DNA from: a bacterium
Lineage (GTDB): Bacteria > Hinthialibacterota > Hinthialibacteria > Hinthialibacterales > Hinthialibacteraceae
NCBI GenBank assembly: GCA_963663405.2
Contig: CAXXSM010000130.1
Location: 64,001 to 128,000 of the forward strand
DNA: 64,000 nt
Direction of reading: 5' to 3'
Below are positions 60,435 to 64,000 of this stretch, piece after piece. The notes below the pieces were generated by a model. That model searched no databases and was not told where the DNA came from. It was given only the letters and a program-made list of their open reading frames with translations. Positions within the stretch are counted from its first letter, which is position 1, and each line of letters starts with the position of its first letter. The position numbers were made by a program, and so were the translations under genes.

Positions 60435-63044
60435 ATGAGAAAAACGTATTTCTGCATTGGTTTGGTCTGTTTGGGAATGGTTTTGGGAATGGGAGTTTGG
60501 GCGGATGAATGGGATCCAAGGGATGATACGCCCTATGGGGCGACAAATTTAGGCGTCATTCCTTACGATGGGATTGAACATCCTGATCATACTCTGAATC
60601 CGAGTGATACAGAAGATTTTTTCCGTTTCACACTTCGAGGAGGATATTCATATGGGATTTATTCGATGGGTTATTATAACGCAGATTTAACTGGATATAT
60701 GATTGACGAGGAAGGCCAGGAATATTGGGATGAAGAATCTGGTTTTAATTCAAACTTTGCTTTTATTATTTCTCCAAAGGAAAACACGAGTAAGGAATTT
60801 ACACTGCGAGTAATGAGACAAACTGATGCAGGTGATTACAAATATGATTTGTATATTGAGGCTTTTGATGATCCCTGGGATCCGAATGAAGATACGGATA
60901 CAGCGACAAATTTAGGACGGCCCACGGATAAGGAACAGACCTTAGGTCCCCTCGTTTTAGGTGGGATTAATTACGATGATGGAGGCGCAAGTGATTCTAG
61001 TGATATTATTCAATTCTTCCTGGAAAAAGATAAAACGTACACGTTTTGGACGACAGGGCAAAATGATACGCGTGCCACTTTGCGGCAAGGGTCAACCTTA
61101 GGAACGATTTTAGGGAATGATGAAGATAGCGGTCCGGACAAGAACTTCAAGATCGAATATACACCTACAAGTGATGTCCGAGTTTATCTGAAAATTGGAA
61201 TGAATGCGGATGAGGGCGCGTATACGCTTCACTACCTTCATGAACCGGAAGTGGAACAGCTTGATCCCTGGGAACCGGATCACCCCTACGACAATGCGAC
61301 GCCCTTAGATGTACCCACTGATCAATGGCAAACCAATGGACCTCATCTTCTTAAAAAAAATATTGATGATGAAGATTATTTCCGATTTGAACTGCCCTCA
61401 GGACAAAATTATATTTTTAGGGCGAAGGGCAATGCGAAAGCGGATGGACAAATCTTAGATAAATATGGCCGTGTCGTCAAATTAGAACCCTTTAGCGGGA
61501 ATCCAGAATATCCATTTGTCATTGATTACCGTGTATTGTATCAAGGTGTCTATTATATCGCCGCCATATTATTTGCACCGGAAGATAACGTTGAATATTC
61601 CTATGAACTTTCCTATATCGGTTCCCATGAACCAGAAGCGGTGGAATTAGATACACCCACGGAAGAAGAACAGGTTCTTTCGTCGCAGAAATTGGAACCG
61701 AGTGATATTCATTGGTATAAGTTCGTTCTATTTGAAGGAGTTCGATATGAATTCTGGTCTACTGGCGGTTCTGATGTCTACGCGGAACTCTACAAACACG
61801 ATACGAGCAGGCAAGTTCAGGTAGACGATGATAGTAGTGATGGGATGAATTTTAAAATCGACTACAAACCATGGGAATCCGACGCGTTTTACCTCGCCGT
61901 ACGATCGAACGATCATGGGGAAATGGCGGAATACGATCTTCATTATAAAATCGTTACAGTCAGTACGGATACAGTGATTGGTGGTGAAATCGTCAATTCC
62001 GCCGTTCTAGAGACTGTCGATATCCCCATTTATGTCGAGAATCTAGCCGAAACGAAATCGATGACGTTTGATGTTGTTTTTGATTCGGATAAACTCGCTT
62101 GGGGATCGGACGCCCGTGTGATCCGGTTGGATACGATGTTGGCCGCCTGGGTGAATATTCAAGCCAACGAGGTTGAGCCGGGCCGTCTTCGCGTCGCGGC
62201 TACCGCGTTCGCCGGCTCTGGTGTTGAAAGAGACGGGGTGTTGGTGATTCTCCGGTTCGATGTTGGAAGCGGTGTCGAAGAAAATTCTCATACAACAATT
62301 TCTTTCGAGAATCTTAAAGATGGGCTGCAAGGCGCGCAGACAGATGATGTTCTTATCATTTTCACGATCAAACCCGAAAAAGGGGATGTGAATATGGATG
62401 GGGAGATCACCGCGTCTGACGCGCAGCTGGCGTTTCAAATATCACTCGACTCCGCCGGTGATGTGACCGAAGATCAAATCTGGGCGGCGGATATGACCGA
62501 GGACGGCGTTGTCACGGCGGAAGACGCTCAACAGATTCTTCTCGCGGCGGCGGGGATTAATCTTTCTGGGAAAACCGTTCGTCCTCAAGCCTTGGGTGAT
62601 GAAACGGAGGGAGATGATTATACGATCATCACGGTGGAACGGGTACAGGCCGCTCCTGGTGATTCGGTCTCTGTGCCTGTGCGAATCGATCCAGACCGCG
62701 ATATCCGGGCGATTTTCGTCGAATTTTCTTATGACCGGAACAAGATGTCGTTCGTTGGGGAAGATTTTGAGGGAACGATGCTTGAACGATTCTATTTTGC
62801 TGGAACCAGTGAATATTATCCGGGCAAAGTGCGTCTAGCCGCCGCCGCTTCTCTCAATCGTCCCATCCAGGAAGAGGGTGTGCTGTGCAAACTGAATTTC
62901 AAGGTCAATGATGACGCTTCGGGTGTTTCCACAATTTCAATCAAAACCGTTCTGGATGATCTTCTCGGCGCTGAAACCGTGACCGGTTATGTCGCGATTC
63001 TCGAAGAAGAGATGACAACAATTGGGAACTGGATGGTGTATTAA
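60435..63044 (+). CDS. Secreted protein: about four PPC-like beta modules + cohesin-like + dockerin + cohesin-like
   Basis: GGAGG then ATG at 60435; duplicated Ca-loop GDVNMDGEITASDA / ADMTEDGVVTAEDA; V.IPIYV..FDVVFD and VSVPV..FSYD cohesin patterns; ends TTIGNWMVY. Confidence 0.75.
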   Translation: MRKTYFCIGLVCLGMVLGMGVWADEWDPRDDTPYGATNLGVIPYDGIEHPDHTLNPSDTEDFFRFTLRGGYSYGIYSMGYYNADLTGYMIDEEGQEYWDEESGFNSNFAFIISPKENTSKEFTLRVMRQTDAGDYKYDLYIEAFDDPWDPNEDTDTATNLGRPTDKEQTLGPLVLGGINYDDGGASDSSDIIQFFLEKDKTYTFWTTGQNDTRATLRQGSTLGTILGNDEDSGPDKNFKIEYTPTSDVRVYLKIGMNADEGAYTLHYLHEPEVEQLDPWEPDHPYDNATPLDVPTDQWQTNGPHLLKKNIDDEDYFRFELPSGQNYIFRAKGNAKADGQILDKYGRVVKLEPFSGNPEYPFVIDYRVLYQGVYYIAAILFAPEDNVEYSYELSYIGSHEPEAVELDTPTEEEQVLSSQKLEPSDIHWYKFVLFEGVRYEFWSTGGSDVYAELYKHDTSRQVQVDDDSSDGMNFKIDYKPWESDAFYLAVRSNDHGEMAEYDLHYKIVTVSTDTVIGGEIVNSAVLETVDIPIYVENLAETKSMTFDVVFDSDKLAWGSDARVIRLDTMLAAWVNIQANEVEPGRLRVAATAFAGSGVERDGVLVILRFDVGSGVEENSHTTISFENLKDGLQGAQTDDVLIIFTIKPEKGDVNMDGEITASDAQLAFQISLDSAGDVTEDQIWAADMTEDGVVTAEDAQQILLAAAGINLSGKTVRPQALGDETEGDDYTIITVERVQAAPGDSVSVPVRIDPDRDIRAIFVEFSYDRNKMSFVGEDFEGTMLERFYFAGTSEYYPGKVRLAAAASLNRPIQEEGVLCKLNFKVNDDASGVSTISIKTVLDDLLGAETVTGYVAILEEEMTTIGNWMVY

Positions 63045-63158
63045 TTAAGAAGACCGCAGGGGCAGGCGTGGCGTCTGCCCCTATTTTGATTATTTCTAAG
63101 ATGGCATCCCTTTATTCGTGAATCTGAAATTATATTCAAACTATGTATAATACAGTGT

Positions 63159-63767
63159 ATGAAACTGAGATCCGGCGATCGAATCCAAAACAAGCGCGCT
63201 ATGACGCTGATCGAATTACTCGTCGTGGCGGCGATTCTTGGTATTCTTGTGGCGGTGGCGCTTCCCAATTTTCTCAACGCGTCGCTGCGGGCCAAGGTTT
63301 CCCGCGCGCGATCGGATATTCGTTCGCTTGCGTTCGCCGAGGAGACGTACGCGCTTGATAATGATGGGGGCTATCCCCCGGACGGTTATTCTTCCCGCCC
63401 CAATCACCTTTATTGGCTCACCAGTCCTGTGCCTTATATGGCTTCGATCCCTCTCGATCCATTTTTACCCCGCGATTGGGAGTATACACGCCTTTATCTT
63501 TCTGATTCAGCCAGTTTTCAAAGGCGAAAATATCAAGCGTATGTTCTTTTCTCGGCGGGACCGGATCAAGGTTTTGTGATTGTGTATCGTTCCGGATGGT
63601 CAATCTCTCCCTGTTTTGGAAAACAGCCTTATATCACGTACGATCCAACCAATGGAACGCGCAGCGGTGGCGATATTTATTGGTACGGAGGGAATCCGTC
63701 AGGTATCCCGCTCTGGGTGGATGGAGAAACGCTTGAGGGGAGGTTTCCACCGAATTTTGGGGGTTGA
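63159..63767 (+). CDS. Prepilin-type (T2SS GspG-like pseudopilin) protein
   Basis: KRA-MTLIELLVV.AILGIL.AVALPNF; LTSPVPY..SIPLDPF and SAGPD motifs. Confidence 0.88.
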   Translation: MKLRSGDRIQNKRAMTLIELLVVAAILGILVAVALPNFLNASLRAKVSRARSDIRSLAFAEETYALDNDGGYPPDGYSSRPNHLYWLTSPVPYMASIPLDPFLPRDWEYTRLYLSDSASFQRRKYQAYVLFSAGPDQGFVIVYRSGWSISPCFGKQPYITYDPTNGTRSGGDIYWYGGNPSGIPLWVDGETLEGRFPPNFGG

Positions 63768-63946
63768 GCGCGAATCTATTCAAGATGGTTACTTAATAAA
63801 TGAGATCATTTGCAGGGACATGAAAACAAAATGGATATCACGGCGTATCAAGAGGTGAATCTTTGGATGAAGCGCAAAGGCTTTATATGGAGTGTAAATG
63901 GGGATGAATATCGATATTAAAAGATGGAATGAATAAAGTATCTAAT

Positions 63947-63982
63947 AAAAAAGGGAAGAGATATAAAATCTCTTCCCTTTTT
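63947..63982. terminator. Bidirectional intrinsic terminator
   Basis: AAAAAGGGAAGAGAT-loop-ATCTCTTCCCTTTTT perfect hairpin. Confidence 0.85.
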
Positions 63983-64000
63983 GGCTGAGTCTAAGTTTTG

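Noticed and set aside
63768-63945. Possible small gene or transposase remnant after the pseudopilin
   Set aside because: No convincing ORF or motif could be read by eye.

Overview
Bacterial chromosomal window, probably from a diderm PVC-related candidate lineage such as OLB16/Hinthialibacterota. This assignment is inferred from protein style only. The left ~27 kb is an accessory surface-protein region. It holds four tandem modular secreted paralogs with Pro/Thr linkers and a shared C-terminal domain, a Tat amidohydrolase, and an amplified cassette. In that cassette an AT-rich promoter region and a c-di-GMP-II-like riboswitch precede secreted proteins with thioester-domain (TED) motifs (3 intact, 1 truncated), interleaved with opposite-strand LRR genes. 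The right part is mostly housekeeping and envelope genes: uppP, an NCS2 permease, rny-ymdB-xseAB-ispA-dxs, nnr, an ABC ATPase, TA modules, a FemABX-ACP/MBOAT/SGNH acylation cluster, a cohesin-dockerin protein and a pseudopilin. Best leads: (1) a 4-copy variant c-di-GMP-II-like riboswitch with apparently altered ligand-contact bases and an RBS-sequestering platform controlling TED-like proteins; (2) a ~9-residue C-terminal tag [TV]x[VI]xxWx[LIV][YH] on six secreted proteins from four unrelated families, a candidate sorting signal; (3) a Dlt-like acylation operon in which a Fem/GNAT-carrier-protein fusion may stand in for DltA/DltC. Several genes carry +1 homopolymer frameshifts that may be sequencing artefacts.
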